Below are positions 11,817 through 26,310 of a DNA stretch of 64,000 nucleotides, piece after piece (position 1 is the stretch's first letter; each line of letters begins with the position of its first letter). The position numbers and the translations under genes are program-made. This stretch comes from Haliotis rubra (taxonomy: Eukaryota): positions 620,001-684,000 of the forward strand of contig NW_025766503.1 of assembly GCF_003918875.1 (NCBI RefSeq). Direction: 5' to 3'. The notes under the pieces were generated by a model. It was not told the DNA's origin. It was given only the letters and a program-made list of their open reading frames with translations, and did not search any database.

Positions 11817-13810
11817 AGCGATCTGATCACCGTGTTGCACTGCCTGCTTTAGAGCCCTGATCACCGTGTTGCACTGCCTGCTTTAGTGCCCTGATCACTG
11901 TTGGTGCACTGCCTGCTTTAGTGCTCTGATCACCGTGGTGCACTGCCTGCTTTAGAATCCTGATCACCGTTGGTGTACTGCCTGCTTTAGTGCCCTGATC
12001 ACTGCTGGTGCACTGCCTGCTTTAGTCCCCTGATCACTGTTGGTGCACTGCCTGCTTTAGTGATATGATCACTCTGGGTGCACTGCGTTATTGCCCTAAT
12101 CACTGTTAGTGCACTGCCTGCTGTAGTGCCCTGATCACTGTTGGTGCACTGCCTGCTTTAGTGATCTGATCACCGTGGTGCACAGCCTGCTTCAGTGCCC
12201 TGATCAATGTTGGTGCACTGCCTGCTTTAGTGCTCTGATCACTGTTGGTGCACTGCCTGCTTTAGTGCCCTGATCAATGTTGGTGCACTGCCTGCTTTAG
12301 TCCCCTGATCACTGATGGTGCACTGCCTGCTTTAGTGCCCTGATCACTGTTGGTGCACTGCCTGCTTTAGTCCCCTGATCACTGTTAGTGCACTGCCTGC
12401 TTTAGTGATCTGATCACTGTTGGTGCACTGCCTGCTTTAGTGCCCCTGATCACTGTTGGTGCACTGCCTGCTTTAGTGATCTGATCACTGTTGGTGCACT
12501 GCCTGCTTTAGTGCCCTGATCACTGTTGGTGCACTGCCTGCTTTAGTGATCTGATCACCGTGGTGCACTGCCTGCTTTAGTGCTCTGTCACCGTGGTGCT
12601 CACTGCCTGTTTTAGTGATCTGATCACCGTGGTGCACTGCTTGCTTTAGTGATCTGATCACCGTGGTGTACTTCATTCTTTAGTGCCCGGATCACCGTGT
12701 TGCACTGCCTGCTTCAGTGACCTGATCACTGTTGATGCACTGCCTGCTTTAGTTATCTGATCACCGAGTTGCACTGCCTGCTTTAGTGATCTGATCACTG
12801 TGGTGCATTGCCTGCTTTAGTGATCTGATCACTGTTGGTGCACTGCCTGCTTTAGTGCTCTGATCACTGTTGGTTCACTGCAGGATTTAGTGACCTGATC
12901 ACCGTGGTGTACTGCCTGCTTTAGTGTTAAGGCTCTGATCACCGTGATGTACTGCCTGCTTTAGTGGCCTGCTCACCGTGGTGCACTGCCTGCTTCAGTG
13001 CACTGATCACTGTTGGTGTACTGCCTACTTTCGTGATCTGATCACCGTGGTGCAATGCCTTCTTTAGTGCTCTGATAACTGTTGGTGCACTGCCTGCTTT
13101 ACTGATCTGATCACCGTGGTGCACTGCCTGTTTTAGTTCTCTGATCACCTTGGCGTACTGCCTGCTCTAGTGCCCTGATCACCGTGAGGCACTGCCTGCG
13201 TTAGTGCCCTGATCACTGTTGGTGCACGGCCTGCTTTAGTGCCCTGATCACTGTTGGTGCACAGCCTGCTTTAGTGCCCTGATCACTGTTGTTGCACTGC
13301 CTGCCTTAGTGCCAATATCACTGTTGGTGTATTGCCTTCTTCAGTGCCCAGATCACTGTTGGTGTACTGCCTGTTTTAGTGATCTGATCACCGTGGTGTA
13401 GTGCCTGATTTAGTGCCCTGATCACTGTTGATGCACTGCCTGCTTTAGTGATCTGATCACTGTTGGTGCACTGCCCGCTTTAGTTCCCTGATTACTGTTG
13501 ATGCACTGCCTACTTTAGTGATCTGATCACTCTTGGCGCACTGCGTTACTGCTCTAGTCACTGGTAGGGCACTGCCTGCTTTAGTGCCCTGATCACTGTT
13601 AGTGCACTGCCTGCTTCAGTGATCTGATCATTGTTGGTGCACTGCGTTAGTGCTCTGATCACTGTTGGTTCACTGCCTGCTTCAGTGCTCTGATCACTGT
13701 TGGTATACTGCCTGATTTAGTGCTCTGATCACTGTTGGTCCACCGCTGTAGTGCTCTGATGACTGTCCGTGCAATGCCTGCATTAGTGCTTTGGGCACTG
13801 CTGGCGGACT
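11817..13810. repeat. 34/35-bp tandem satellite, right arm
   Basis: Same unit as 9580-10279, resuming in register after the TSD. About 57 copies that degenerate rightwards. Confidence 0.97.
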
Positions 13811-14199
13811 GCTTTAAAGTGTGAAGCGTCATAAAAAGTGCCAGAGGCTATTTTCGTGCGTTAAAATCCAACAATTTGACAAGGGCATTCGAGTGGCACG
13901 TGTTTGTTGATGTTGTCATGTTGATGACCTTCACAACAACGCTTGGTCATGTGTAATCCATTCCCCCCTCCATTTCATTAAATGCCAATGTGTATTACCT
14001 CACAGGGTTCACAATGTTTGTAATACTGCTCTGAAGAAATCTCAACAACAGCTCAAAACTGGTTGAACGGAAAATATTTGGTACAGAGGTAAGTGTTCAT
14101 TAAGTTATGCGTGTGTTCACATTCGCTGATTAGGTTTTAGCATTCCATCATATCCCATTTACGTTAATCCGAACCTTAGTCACCAACATTACACCACGT

Positions 14200-17100
14200 C
14201 TCAATCGCCAACAGTAAACCTACTCTCATCAGTCTACAGTACACCTCGTCTCACTAGTAAATAGGACACTTAATTTCCCTCGTCAACTTTATACCTCATC
14301 TCACTAGTCAACAGTACACCTTACTTCAGCAGTCAACAGTACACCTTATCTCAGCAGTCAACAGTACACCTCATCTCACTAGTCAACAGTACCCCTTATC
14401 TCAGCAGTCAACAGTATCCCTCATCTCAGCAGTCAACAGTACCCCTTATCTCAGAAGTCAACAGTACACCTCATCTCAGCAGTCAACAGTACACCTTATA
14501 TCAGCAGTCAACAGTACACCTTATATCAGCAGTCAACAGTACACCTCATCTCACTAGTCAACAGTACCCCTCATCTCAGCAGTCAACAGTATCCCTCATC
14601 TCAGCAGTCAACAGTGCCCCTTATATCAGCAGTCAACATTACCCCTCATCTCAGCAGTCAACAGTATCCCTCATCTCAGCAGTCAACAGTACCCCTTATA
14701 TCAGCAGTCAACAGTACCCCTCATCTCAGCAGTCAGCAGTACACCTTATCTCAGCCGTCAACAGCACACCTTATCTCTGTAGTCAACAGTACATCTCATC
14801 ACACAAGTCAGCAGTAAACCTTACCTAAGCAGTTAAGAGTACACCTCATCTCACTAGTCACATTTATACTTTATCTCAGCAGTCAACAGTACACCTCATG
14901 TCAATAGTCAACAGTACACCTCATCTCAGCAGTCAACAGTACACCTCATGTCAATAGTCAACAGTACATCTTATCTCACTAGTCAACAGTACACCTCATC
15001 TCACTAGTCAACAGTACCCCTCATCTCGCTAGTCAACAGTAGCCCTCACCTCACTAGTCAACAGTACACCCTATCTCAGCAGTCAACAGTACACCTCATC
15101 TCACTAGTCAACAGTACACCTCATCTCACTAGTCAACAGTACCCCTCATCTCACTAGTCAACAGTACACCTTATCTCACTAGTCAACAGTACACCTAATC
15201 TAAGCAGTCAACAGTACACCTTATCTCAGCAGTCAACAGTACACCTCATCTCACTAGTCAACAGTACCCCTTATCTCAGCAGTCAACAGTATCCCTCATC
15301 TCAGCAGTCAACAGTACCCCTTATCTCAGAAGTCAACAGTACACCTCATCTCAGCAGTCAACAGTACACCTTATATCAGCAGTCAACAGTACACCTTATA
15401 TCAGCAGTCAACAGTACACCTCATCTCACTAGTCAACAGTACCCTCATCTCAGCAGTCAACAGTATCCCTCATCTCAGCAGTCAACAGTGCCCCTTATAT
15501 CAGCAGTCAACATTACCCCTCATCTCAGCAGTCAACAGTATCCCTCATCTCAGCAGTCAACAGTACCCCTTATATCAGCAGTCAACAGTACCCCTCATCT
15601 CAGCAGTCAGCAATACACCTTATCTCAGCCGTCAACAGCACACCTTATCTCTGTAGTCAACAGTACATCTCATCACACAAGTCAGCAGTAAACCTTACCT
15701 AAGCAGTTAAGAGTACACCTCATCTCACTAGTCACATTTATACTTTATCTCAGCAGTCAACAGTACACCTCATGTCAATAGTCAACAGTACACCTCATCT
15801 CAGCAGTCAACAGTACACCTCATGTCAATAGTCAACAGTACATCTTATCTCACTAATCAACAGTACACCTCATCTCACTAGTCAACAGTACCCCTCATCT
15901 CGCTAGTCAACAGTACCCCTCATCTCACTAGTCAACAGTACACCCTATCTCAGCAGTCAACAGTACACCTCATCTCACTAGTCAACAGTACACCTCATCT
16001 CACTAGTCAACAGTACCCCTCATCTCACTAGTCAACAGTACACCTTATCTCAGCAGTCAATAGTACACCTCATCTCACTAGTCAACAGTACACCTCATCT
16101 CAGCAGTCAACAGTACCCCTCATCTCACTAGTCAACAGTACCCCTCATCTCAGCAGTCAACAGTACACCTTATCTCAACAGTCAACAGTACACCTCATCT
16201 CACTAGTCAACAGTACCCCTCATCTCAGCAGTCAACAGTATCCCTCATCTCAGCAGTCAACAGTACCCCTTATCTCAGCAGTCAACAGTACACCTCATCT
16301 CAGCAGTCAACAGTAGCCCTTATCTCAGCAGTCAACAGTACACCTTATATCAGCAGTCAACAGTACACCTCATCTCACTAGTCAACATTACCCCTCATCT
16401 CAGCAGTCAACAGTATCCCTCATCTCACTAGTCAACAGTACCCCTCATCTCAGCAGTCAACAGTACACCTTATCTCAGCCGTCAACAGCACACCTTATCT
16501 CAGTAGTCAACAGTACATCTCATCACACAAGTCAGCAGTATACATTACCTAAGCAGTTAAGAGTACACCTCATCTCACTAGTCACATTTATACTTTATCT
16601 CAGCAGTCAACAGTAAACCTCATGTCAATAGTCAACAGTACACCTCATCTCAGCAGTCAACAGTACACCTCATGTCAATAGTCAACAGTACATCTTATCT
16701 CAGCAGTCAACAGCAAACCTCATGTCAATAGTCAACAGTACACCTCATCTCAGCAGTCAACAGTACACCTCATGTCAATAGTCAACAGTACATCTTATCT
16801 CAGCAGTCAACAGTACACCTCATCTCACTAGTCAACAGTACCCCTCATCTCACTAGTCAACAGTACCCCTCATCTCACTAGTCAACAGTACACCTCATCT
16901 CACTAGTCAACAGTACACCTCATCTCACTAGTCACCAGTACCCTGATCTCACTAGTCAACAGTACACCTTATCTCACTAGTCAACAGTACCCCTCATCTC
17001 ACTAGTCAACAGTACCCCTCATCTCAGCAGTCAACGGTACACCTCATCTCAGCAGTCAACAGTACACCTCATCTCACTAGTCAACAGTACATCTTATTTC

Positions 17101-20100
17101 ACTTGTCAGCAGTACACCTCATCTCACTAGTCAACAGGTACCCCTCATCTCACTAGTCAGCGGTACACCTCATCTCAGCAGTCAACGGTACACCTTATCT
17201 CACTAGTCAACAGTACACCTCATCTCACTAGTCAACAGTACACCTCATGTCACTAGTCAACAGTACTAGTCAACAGTAGTCAACAGTAAACCTTATCTCA
17301 GCCGTCAAGATTTTACCTCATCTCGGCCGTCAACAGTACACCTCATCTCAACAGTCATGAGTAAACCTTATCCCAAGAGTCAAGAGTACACCTTATCTCA
17401 CTAGTCACATTTATACCTCATCTCACCAGTCAACCATACGCCTCATCTCACTAGTCAACAGTGCCCTTATCTCAGCAGTCACAGTATCCCTCATCTCAGC
17501 AGTCAACAGTACCCCTTATCTCAGCAGTCAACAGTACCCTCATCTCAGCAGTCAACAGTACACCTTATCTCAGAAGTCAACAGTACACCTAATATCAGCA
17601 GTCAACAGGTACACCTCATCTCACTAGTCAACAGTACCCCTCAACTCAGCAGTCAACAGTATCCCTCATCTCAGCAGTCAACAGTACACCTTATCTCAGC
17701 CGTCAACAGCACACCTTATCTCAGTAGTCAACAGTACATCTCATCACACAAGTCAGCAGTAAACCTTACCTAAGCAGTTAAGAGTACACCTCATCTCACT
17801 AGTCATTTATACTTTATCTCAGTAGTCAAAGTATACCTCATCTCACTAGTCAACAGTACCCTCATCTCACTAGTCAAGCAGTCAACCCTCATCTCACTAG
17901 TCAAAAGTACACCTTATCTCAGCAGTCAACAGTACACCTCTCATCTCACTAGTCAACAGTACCTCACCTCATCTCACTAGTCAACAGTACCCCTCCATCT
18001 CACTAGTCAACAGTAGCCCTCATGTCAATAGTCAACAGTACACCTTATCTCAGCAGTCAACAGTACACCTCATCTCACTAGTCAACAGTACACCTCATCT
18101 CACTAGTCAACAGTACCCCTCATCACTAGTCAACAGTACCCCTCATCTCAGCAGTCAACGGTACACCTTATCTCACTAGTCAACAGTAAACCTCATCTCA
18201 CTAGTCAACAGTACACCTCATCTCAGCAGTCAACAGTACCCCTTATATCAGCAGTCAACAGTACCCCTCATCTCAGCAGTCAGCAGTACACCTTATCTCA
18301 GCCGTCAACAGCGCACCTTATCTCTGTAGTCAACAGTACATCTCATCACACAAGTCAGCAGTAAACCTTACCTAAGCAGTTAAGAGTACACCTCATCTCA
18401 CTAGTCACATTTATACTTTATCTCAGCAGTCAACAGTACACCTCATGTCAATAGTCAACAGTACACCTCATCTCAGCAGTCAACAGTACACCTCATGTCA
18501 ATAGTCAACAGTACATCTTATCTCACTAGTCAACAGTACACCTCATCTCACTAGTCAACAGTACCCCTCATCTCGCTAGTCAACAGTACCCCTCATCTCA
18601 CTAGTCAACAGTACACCCTATCTCAGCAGTCAACAGTACACCTCATCTCACTAGTCAACAGTACACCTCATCTCACTAGTCAACAGTACCCCTCATCTCA
18701 CTAGTCAACAGTACACCTTATCTCACTAGTCAACAGTACACCTAATCTAAGCAGTCAACAGTACACCTTATCTCAGCAGTCAACAGTACACCTCATCTCA
18801 CTAGTCAACAGTACCCCTTATCTCAGCAGTCAACAGTATCCCTCATCTCAGCAGTCAACAGTACCCCTTATCTCAGAAGTCAACAGTACACCTCATCTCA
18901 GCAGTCAACAGTACACCTTATATCAGCAGTCAACAGTACACCTTATGTCAGCAGTCAACAGTACACCTCATCTCTCACTAGTCAACAAGGTACCCTCATC
19001 TCAGCAGTCAACAGTATCCCTCATCTCAGCAGTCAACAGTGCCCCTTATATCAGCAGTCAACATTACCCCTCATCTCAGCAGTCAACAGTATCCCTCATC
19101 TCAGCAGTCAACAGTACCCCTTATATCAGCAGTCAACAGTACCCCTCATCTCAGCAGTCAGCAATACACCTTATCTCAGCCGTCAACAGCACACCTTATC
19201 TCTGTAGTCAACAGTACATCTCATCACACAAGTCAGCAGTAAACCTTACCTAAGCAGTTAAGAGTACACCTCATCTCACTAGTCACATTTATACTTTATC
19301 TCAGCAGTCAACAGTACACCTCATGTCAATAGTCAACAGTACACCTCATCTCAGCAGTCAACAGTACACCTCATGTCAATAGTCAACAGTACATCTTATC
19401 TCACTAGTCAACAGTACACCTCATCTCACTAGTCAACAGTACCCTCATCTCTCGCTAGTCAACAGTACCCCTCATCTCACTAGTCAACAGTACACCCTAT
19501 CTCAGCAGTCAACAGTACACCTCATCTCACTAGTCAACAGTACACCTCATCTCACTAGTCAACAGTACCCCTCATCTCACTAGTCAACAGTACACCTTAT
19601 CTCAGCAGTCAATAGTACACCTCATCTCACTAGTCAACAGTACACCTCATCTCAGCAGTCAACAGTACCCCTCATCTCACTAGTCAACAGTACCCCTCAT
19701 CTCAGCAGTCAACAGTACACCTTATCTCAACAGTCAACAGTACACCTCATCTCACTAGTCAACAGTACCCCTCATCTCAGCAGTCAACAGTATCCCTCAT
19801 CTCAGCAGTCAACAGTACCCCTTATCTCAGCAGTCAACAGTACACCTCATCTCAGCAGTCAACAGTACCCCTTATCTCAGCAGTCAACAGTACACCTTAT
19901 ATCAGCAGTCAACAGTACACCTCATCTCACTAGTCAACATTACCCCTCATCTCAGCAGTCAACAGTATCCCTCATCTCACTAGTCAACAGTACCCCTCAT
20001 CTCAGCAGTCAACAGTACACCTTATCTCAGCCGTCAACAGCACACCTTATCTCAGTAGTCAACAGTACATCTCATCACACAAGTCAGCAGTATACATTAC

Positions 20101-23100
20101 CTAAGCAGTTAAGAGTACACCTCATCTCACTAGTCACATTTATACTTTATCTCAGCAGTCAACAGTAAACCTCATGTCAATAGTCAACAGTACACCTCAT
20201 CTCAGCAGTCAACAGTACACCTCATGTCAATAGTCAACAGTACATCTTATCTCAGCAGTCAACAGTACACCTCATCTCACTAGTCAACAGTACCCCTCAT
20301 CTCACTAGTCAACAGTACCCCTCATCTCACTAGTCAACAGTACACCTCATCTCACTAGTCAACAGTACACCTCATCTCACTAGTCACCAGTACCCCTGAT
20401 CTCACTAGTCAACAGTACACCTTATCTCACTAGTCAACAGTACCCCTCATCTCACTAGTCAACAGTACCCCTCATCTCAGCAGTCAACGGTACACCTCAT
20501 CTCAGCAGTCAACAGTACACCTCATCTCACTAGTCAACAGTACATCTTATTTCACTTGTCAACAGTACACCTCATCTCACTAGTCAACAGTACCCCTCAT
20601 CTCACTAGTCAACGGTACACCTCATCTCAGCAGTCAACGGTACACCTTATCTCACTAGTCAACAGTACACCTCATCTCACTAGTCAACAGTACACCTCAT
20701 GTCACTAGTCAACAGTACTAGTCAACAGTAGTCAACAGTAAACCTTATCTCAGCCGTCAAGATTTTACCTCATCTCGGCCGTCAACAGTACACCTCATCT
20801 CAACAGTCATGAGTAAACCTTATCCCAAGAGTCAAGAGTACACCTTATCTCACTAGTCACATTTATACCTCATCTCACCAGTCAACCATACGCCTCATCT
20901 CACTAGTCAACAGTACCCCTTATCTCAGCAGTCAACAGTATCCCTCATCTCAGCAGTCAACAGTACCCCTTATCTCAGCAGTCAACAGTAGCCCTCATCT
21001 CAGCAGTCAACAGTACACCTTATCTCAGAAGTCAACAGTACACCTAATATCAGCAGTCAACAGTACACCTCATCTCACTAGTCAACAGTACCCCTCAACT
21101 CAGCAGTCAACAGTATCCCTCATCTCAGCAGTCAACAGTACACCTTATCTCAGCCGTCAACAGCACACCTTATCTCAGTAGTCAACAGTACATCTCATCA
21201 CACAAGTCAGCAGTAAACCTTACCTAAGCAGTTAAGAGTACACCTCATCTCACTAGTCACATTTATACTTTATCTCAGCAGTCAACAGCAAACCTCATGT
21301 CAATAGTCAACAGTACACCTCATCTCAGCAGTCAACAGTACACCTCATGTCAATAGTCAACAGTACATCTTATCTCAGCAGTCAACAGTACACCTCATCT
21401 CACTAGTCAACAGTACCCCTCATCTCACTAGTCAACAGTACCCCTCATCTCACTAGTCAACAGTACACCTCATCTCACTAGTCAACAGTACACCTCATCT
21501 CACTAGTCACCAGTACCCTGATCTCACTAGTCAACAGTACACCTTATCTCACTAGTCAACAGTACCCCTCATCTCACTAGTCAACAGTACCCCTCATCTC
21601 AGCAGTCAACGGTACACCTCATCTCAGCAGTCAACAGTACACCTCATCTCACTAGTCAACAGTACATCTTATTTCACTTGTCAACAGTACACCTCATCTC
21701 ACTAGTCAACAGTACCCCTCATCTCACTAGTCAACGGTACACCTCATCTCAGCAGTCAACGGTACACCTTATCTCACTAGTCAACAGTACACCTCATCTC
21801 ACTAGTCAACAGTACACCTCATGTCACTAGTCAACAGTACTAGTCAACAGTAGTCAACAGTAAACCTTATCTCAGCCGTCAAGATTTTACCTCATCTCGG
21901 CCGTCAACAGTACACCTCATCTCAACAGTCATGAGTAAACCTTATCCCAAGAGTCCAGAGTACACCTTATCTCACTAGTCACATTTATACCTCATCTCAC
22001 CAGTCAACCATACGCCTCATCTCACTAGTCAACAGTACCCCTTATCTCAGCAGTCAACAGTATCCCTCATCTCAGCAGTCAACAGTACCCCTTATCTCAG
22101 CAGTCAACAGTACCCCTCATCTCAGCAGTCAACAGTACACCTTATCTCAGAAGTCAACAGTACACCTAATATCAGCAGTCAACAGTACACCTCATCTCAC
22201 TAGTCAACAGTACCCCTCAACTCAGCAGTCAACAGTATCCCTCATCTCAGCAGTCAACAGTACACCTTATCTCAGCCGTCAACAGCACACCTTATCTCAG
22301 TAGTCAACAGTACATCTCATCACACAAGTCAGCAGTAAACCTTACCTAAGCAGTTAAGAGTACACCTCATCTCACTAGTCACATTTATACTTTATCTCAG
22401 TAGTCAAAAGTACACCTCATCTCACTAGTCAACAGTACCCCTCATCTCACTAGTCAACAGTACCCCTCATCTCACTAGTCAAAAGTACACCTTATCTCAG
22501 CAGTCAACAGTACACCTCATCTCACTAGTCAACAGTACACCTCATCTCACTAGTCAACAGTACCCCTCCATCTCACTAGTCAACAGTACCCCTCATGTCA
22601 ATAGTCAACAGTACACCTTATCTCAGCAGTCAACAGTACACCTCATCTCACTAGTCAACAGTACACCTCATCTCACTAGTCAACAGTACCCCTCATCACT
22701 AGTCAACAGTACCCCTCATCTCAGCAGTCAACGGTACACCTTATCTCACTAGTCAACAGTACACCTCATCTCACTAGTCAACAGTACACCTCATCTCAGC
22801 AGTCAACAGTACCCCTCATCTCACTAGTCAACAGTACCCCTCATCTCACTAGTCAACGGTACAGCTCATCTCAGGAGACAACGGTACACCTTATCTCACT
22901 AGTCAACAGTACACCTCATCTCACTAGTCAACAGTACACCTCATCTCAGCAGTCAACAGTACCCCTCATCTCACTAGTCAACAGTACCCCTCATCTCAGC
23001 AGTCAACAGTACACCTTATCTCAGCAGTCAACAGTACACCTCATCTCAGCAGTCAACAGTACACCTCATCTCACTAGTCAACAGTACACCTCATCTCACT

Positions 23101-24125
23101 AGTCAACAGTACTAGTCAACAATAGTCAACAGTAAACCTTATCTCAGCCGTCAAGAGTGCACCTGATCTCGGCCGTCAACAGTACACCTCATCTCAGCAG
23201 TCATCAGTAAACCTTATCCCAAGAGTCAAGAGTACACCTTATCTCACTAGTCACATTTATACCTCATCTCAGCAGTCAACCATACGCCTCATCTCACTAG
23301 TCAACAGTACACCTTATCTCAGCAGTCAACGGTACACCTTATCTCAGTAGTCAACAGTACACCTTATCTCAGTAGTCAACAGTACACCTTATCTCAGCAG
23401 TCAACGGTACACCTCATCTCAGCAGTCAACGGTACACCTTATGTCAGCAGTCAACAGTACACCTTATGTCAGTAGTCAACAGTACACCTTATGTCAGTAG
23501 TCAACAGTACACCTTATGTCAGTAGTCAACAGTACACCTTATGTCAGTAGTCAACAGTACACCTTATGTCAGTAGTCAACAGTACACCTTATGTCAGTAG
23601 TCAACAGGACACCTTATGTCAGTAGTCAACAGTACACCTTATGTCAGCAGTCAACAGTACACCTTATGTCAGTAGTCAACAGTACACCTTATGTCAGTAG
23701 TCAACAGTACACCTTATGTCAGTATTCAACAGTACACCTTATGTCAGTAGTCAACAGTACACCTTATGTCAGTAGTCAACAGTACACCTTATGTCAGCAG
23801 TCAACAGTACACCTTATCTCAGCAGTCAACAGTACACCTTATGTCAGTAGTCAACAGTACACCTTATCTCAGCAGTCAACAGTACACCTTATCTCAGTAG
23901 TCAACAGTACACCTTATCTCAGCAGTCAACAGTACACCTTATCTCAGCAGTCAACAGTACATCTCATCACACAATACAGCAGTAAACCCTAACATCAGCA
24001 GTTAAGAGTACACTTCATCTCACTTGTCACATTTATACTTTATCTCAGCAGTCAACAGTAAACCTCATCTCACTAGTCAACAGTACACCTTATCTCAGCA
24101 GTCAACAGTAAACCTCACCTCAGCA
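14200..24125. repeat. 25-bp satellite AGTCAACAGTACACCTCATCTC(ACT/AGC) with higher-order structure
   Basis: About 395 monomers over about 9.9 kb. Recurring variant monomers define higher-order periods. Confidence 0.98.
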
Positions 24126-24171
24126 GTCAGCCTCTTAATCACCAACATACTATCTCGTGTCAGTCACCAAC

Positions 24172-24374
24172 AGTACACCTCGTCTCAGTCAGCTATGGTA
24201 CACCTCGTCTCAGTCAGCTATGGTACACCTCGTCTCAGTCATTTATGGTACACCTCGTCTCAGTCAGCTATGGTACACCTCGCCTCAGTCAGCTATGGTA
24301 CACCTCGTCTCAGTCAGCTATGGTACACCTCGTCTCAGTCAGCTATGGTACACCTCGTCTCAGTCAGCTATGGT
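24172..24374. repeat. 25-bp minisatellite GGTACACCTCGTCTCAGTCAGCTAT
   Basis: About 8 near-identical copies abutting the large 25-bp array. Confidence 0.93.
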
Positions 24375-24652
24375 GTGCCCCCGACTACTGTTGTTGTTGC
24401 CACATCTATATTGATCAGATATAAGGATATACTTCACCGATGTTTTGCCTTTTACGCACAATGGTATCTATTTCGGCAGACCATCGAGACTGGTTATTTC
24501 TGATGTTTTATATCAAAGTACTTCCTAACACGAATAACAATATCTATTTCAGTGGTCTTCACAGAGATGGTATTGCTCGTATGAAAACATTTCATGTAAT
24601 GGACGGCTCTTTGTGTTTTAGACTCAGTTTAGACCGGCCTCAGTTGGACTGT

Positions 24653-25920
24653 TACAGACACCTGGAAAGTTAAGCACCCCGGTGATTTTCACAAAGCTGG
24701 GGTTTTTTCTTCTGTAAGATCGTCTTGACAACAAAAACGCACACAAAAAGGACAGTTTCCTTCAACGTTTTAATAATGGAAATGGCACAATACACAAATC
24801 ATCGGTTTGGGCTCAAAACGATACATGTTACGAGCTATAGAGTGGATCAGGCAACACATCGTGTATGTGATGGGACAAACAGATTCATAACCCCGCCAGT
24901 CGTCGTATCAGTTGCAGAGGAAACTGTCGCCCGATAAAGTCCTAAATCAGCTCCAAGAGGTTCAGGTTTGGACACACTACGGTTGAGTCACTGCCTTATT
25001 CTGAATTGAAGCTGTCACTGTATGAAAACGGTGTGGCCTATCGTTGCCATCCACAAATACAGTTCTTGTAGCAAGGGGATGATTATCAGAATGGGGGACA
25101 GCTGGAACCAGCACTTCCTGGGTAAACTGATCACCTGTCAAATTTCCGCGGAATGTCACCAAGTCAAGTCTGCAGTCATGAGGGATCCATCCTCACACCA
25201 GGAGGGAACCGCCACCAAAGGCAACAGTTGGTAGAATGTTATTTGCTGCAAATGGTGTACCTCACTGCCTCTAAACGCTCAAACGTCCATCAGTTACATG
25301 AAGTAGGAATTGGCTTTCATCAGACCAAAGTATTCTGCGTTTTTCCAGCGTTGACGTGGTAAACGTGTTTGTTCGTTGTGGTCGCAGAATGGAGAACGTT
25401 TCATAACCCTTTTAGAGAATGTTCTCGTAGGGACCCGTCGAAATGGTAACCAATGGCGCTTCAGCACAGTACTTTTGGCGAATGGTTGACGTCAAGTGAG
25501 CCTCAATAGTGCCCTGTCTTCACGATCTGAAGTCAGCTTATTGGTGACCCTCGTCTCACCCTGTCTTAATTGACCATCAGTGTAGTTGATATTCAATTCC
25601 CGAATGCTTTGAACGGCAAACCGGAGTTATGCATATCAATGATGATTGAACATTGTACCCCATGCAGAATACATACCGAAATGTGGCACGTGCACAAACT
25701 GTAAAATTCGTTGGTTTGCTTCTCGACATGAGCCACAAGGCATGTTTGGGAGAAATATTTCACCAAGTACACTTGCAATACATGTACTTTCTTCCATGAA
25801 TACTATAATCATAGGTATCATTATATACAAGCTGAACCTGTACATAGCTGAACCTGTACATAGTTATGTTATCGGTCAATTTATTTAGGAGTGCTTGACT
25901 TTGTTCCATGTGTAGTATAT
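24653..25920 (-). mobile_element. Degenerate Tc1 element
   Basis: Minus strand LWSDES, GGGSLLV, VTFRGNLTGDQFTQEVLVP...VFVDGNDRPH. Related TIR-like ends (AAAGTTAAGCACCCC near 24666 and the complement of AAAGTCAAGCACTCC near 25888-25902). Confidence 0.8.
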
Positions 25921-26241
25921 AAAGTCATCTGTTATTAACAACAGGTTGTTTCGTGGGAACTTTGAACTTGATACTGGCAGCACAGCAAATGCGAGGTAAT
26001 AATTTCTACTGACTAATTTTCATTAACGCACACATTATATAAAGAAACGACTTGTTCTTGAAACAGCTATAGTTTTGCTCGGTGCAGAGTAATTCAGCAT
26101 ATTCAGTAGAAAATTTTCTCTCCACAGACACAGGTTTCATATCTAAGGGCACAGCAAGAAGTCACTGTGTTTTCTTGTTAGGCTTAGCAGTCTGTTTTGA
26201 CCTTGGGAAGAGCTGGAAGGAGTTCGCACAATGCACAATTA

Positions 26242-26310
26242 CCCTGCCCTGCCCTGCCCTGCCCTGCCCTGCCCTGCCCTGCCCTGCCCTGCCCTGCCCT
26301 GCCCTGCCCT
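26242..26310. repeat. (CCCTG)n microsatellite, about 14 copies
   Basis: Directly visible perfect repeat. Confidence 0.98.

Noticed and set aside
14006-14088. Exon with strong splice signals (CTCACAG / GAG|GTAAGT)
   Set aside because: Stop codons in all three frames. It could be a non-coding exon, but nothing in the sequence supports that further.
14200-24503. S/Q/T-rich ORFs and a possible CRISPR-like array
   Set aside because: Contiguous 25-bp monomers with no unique spacers and no cas genes, in eukaryotic context.
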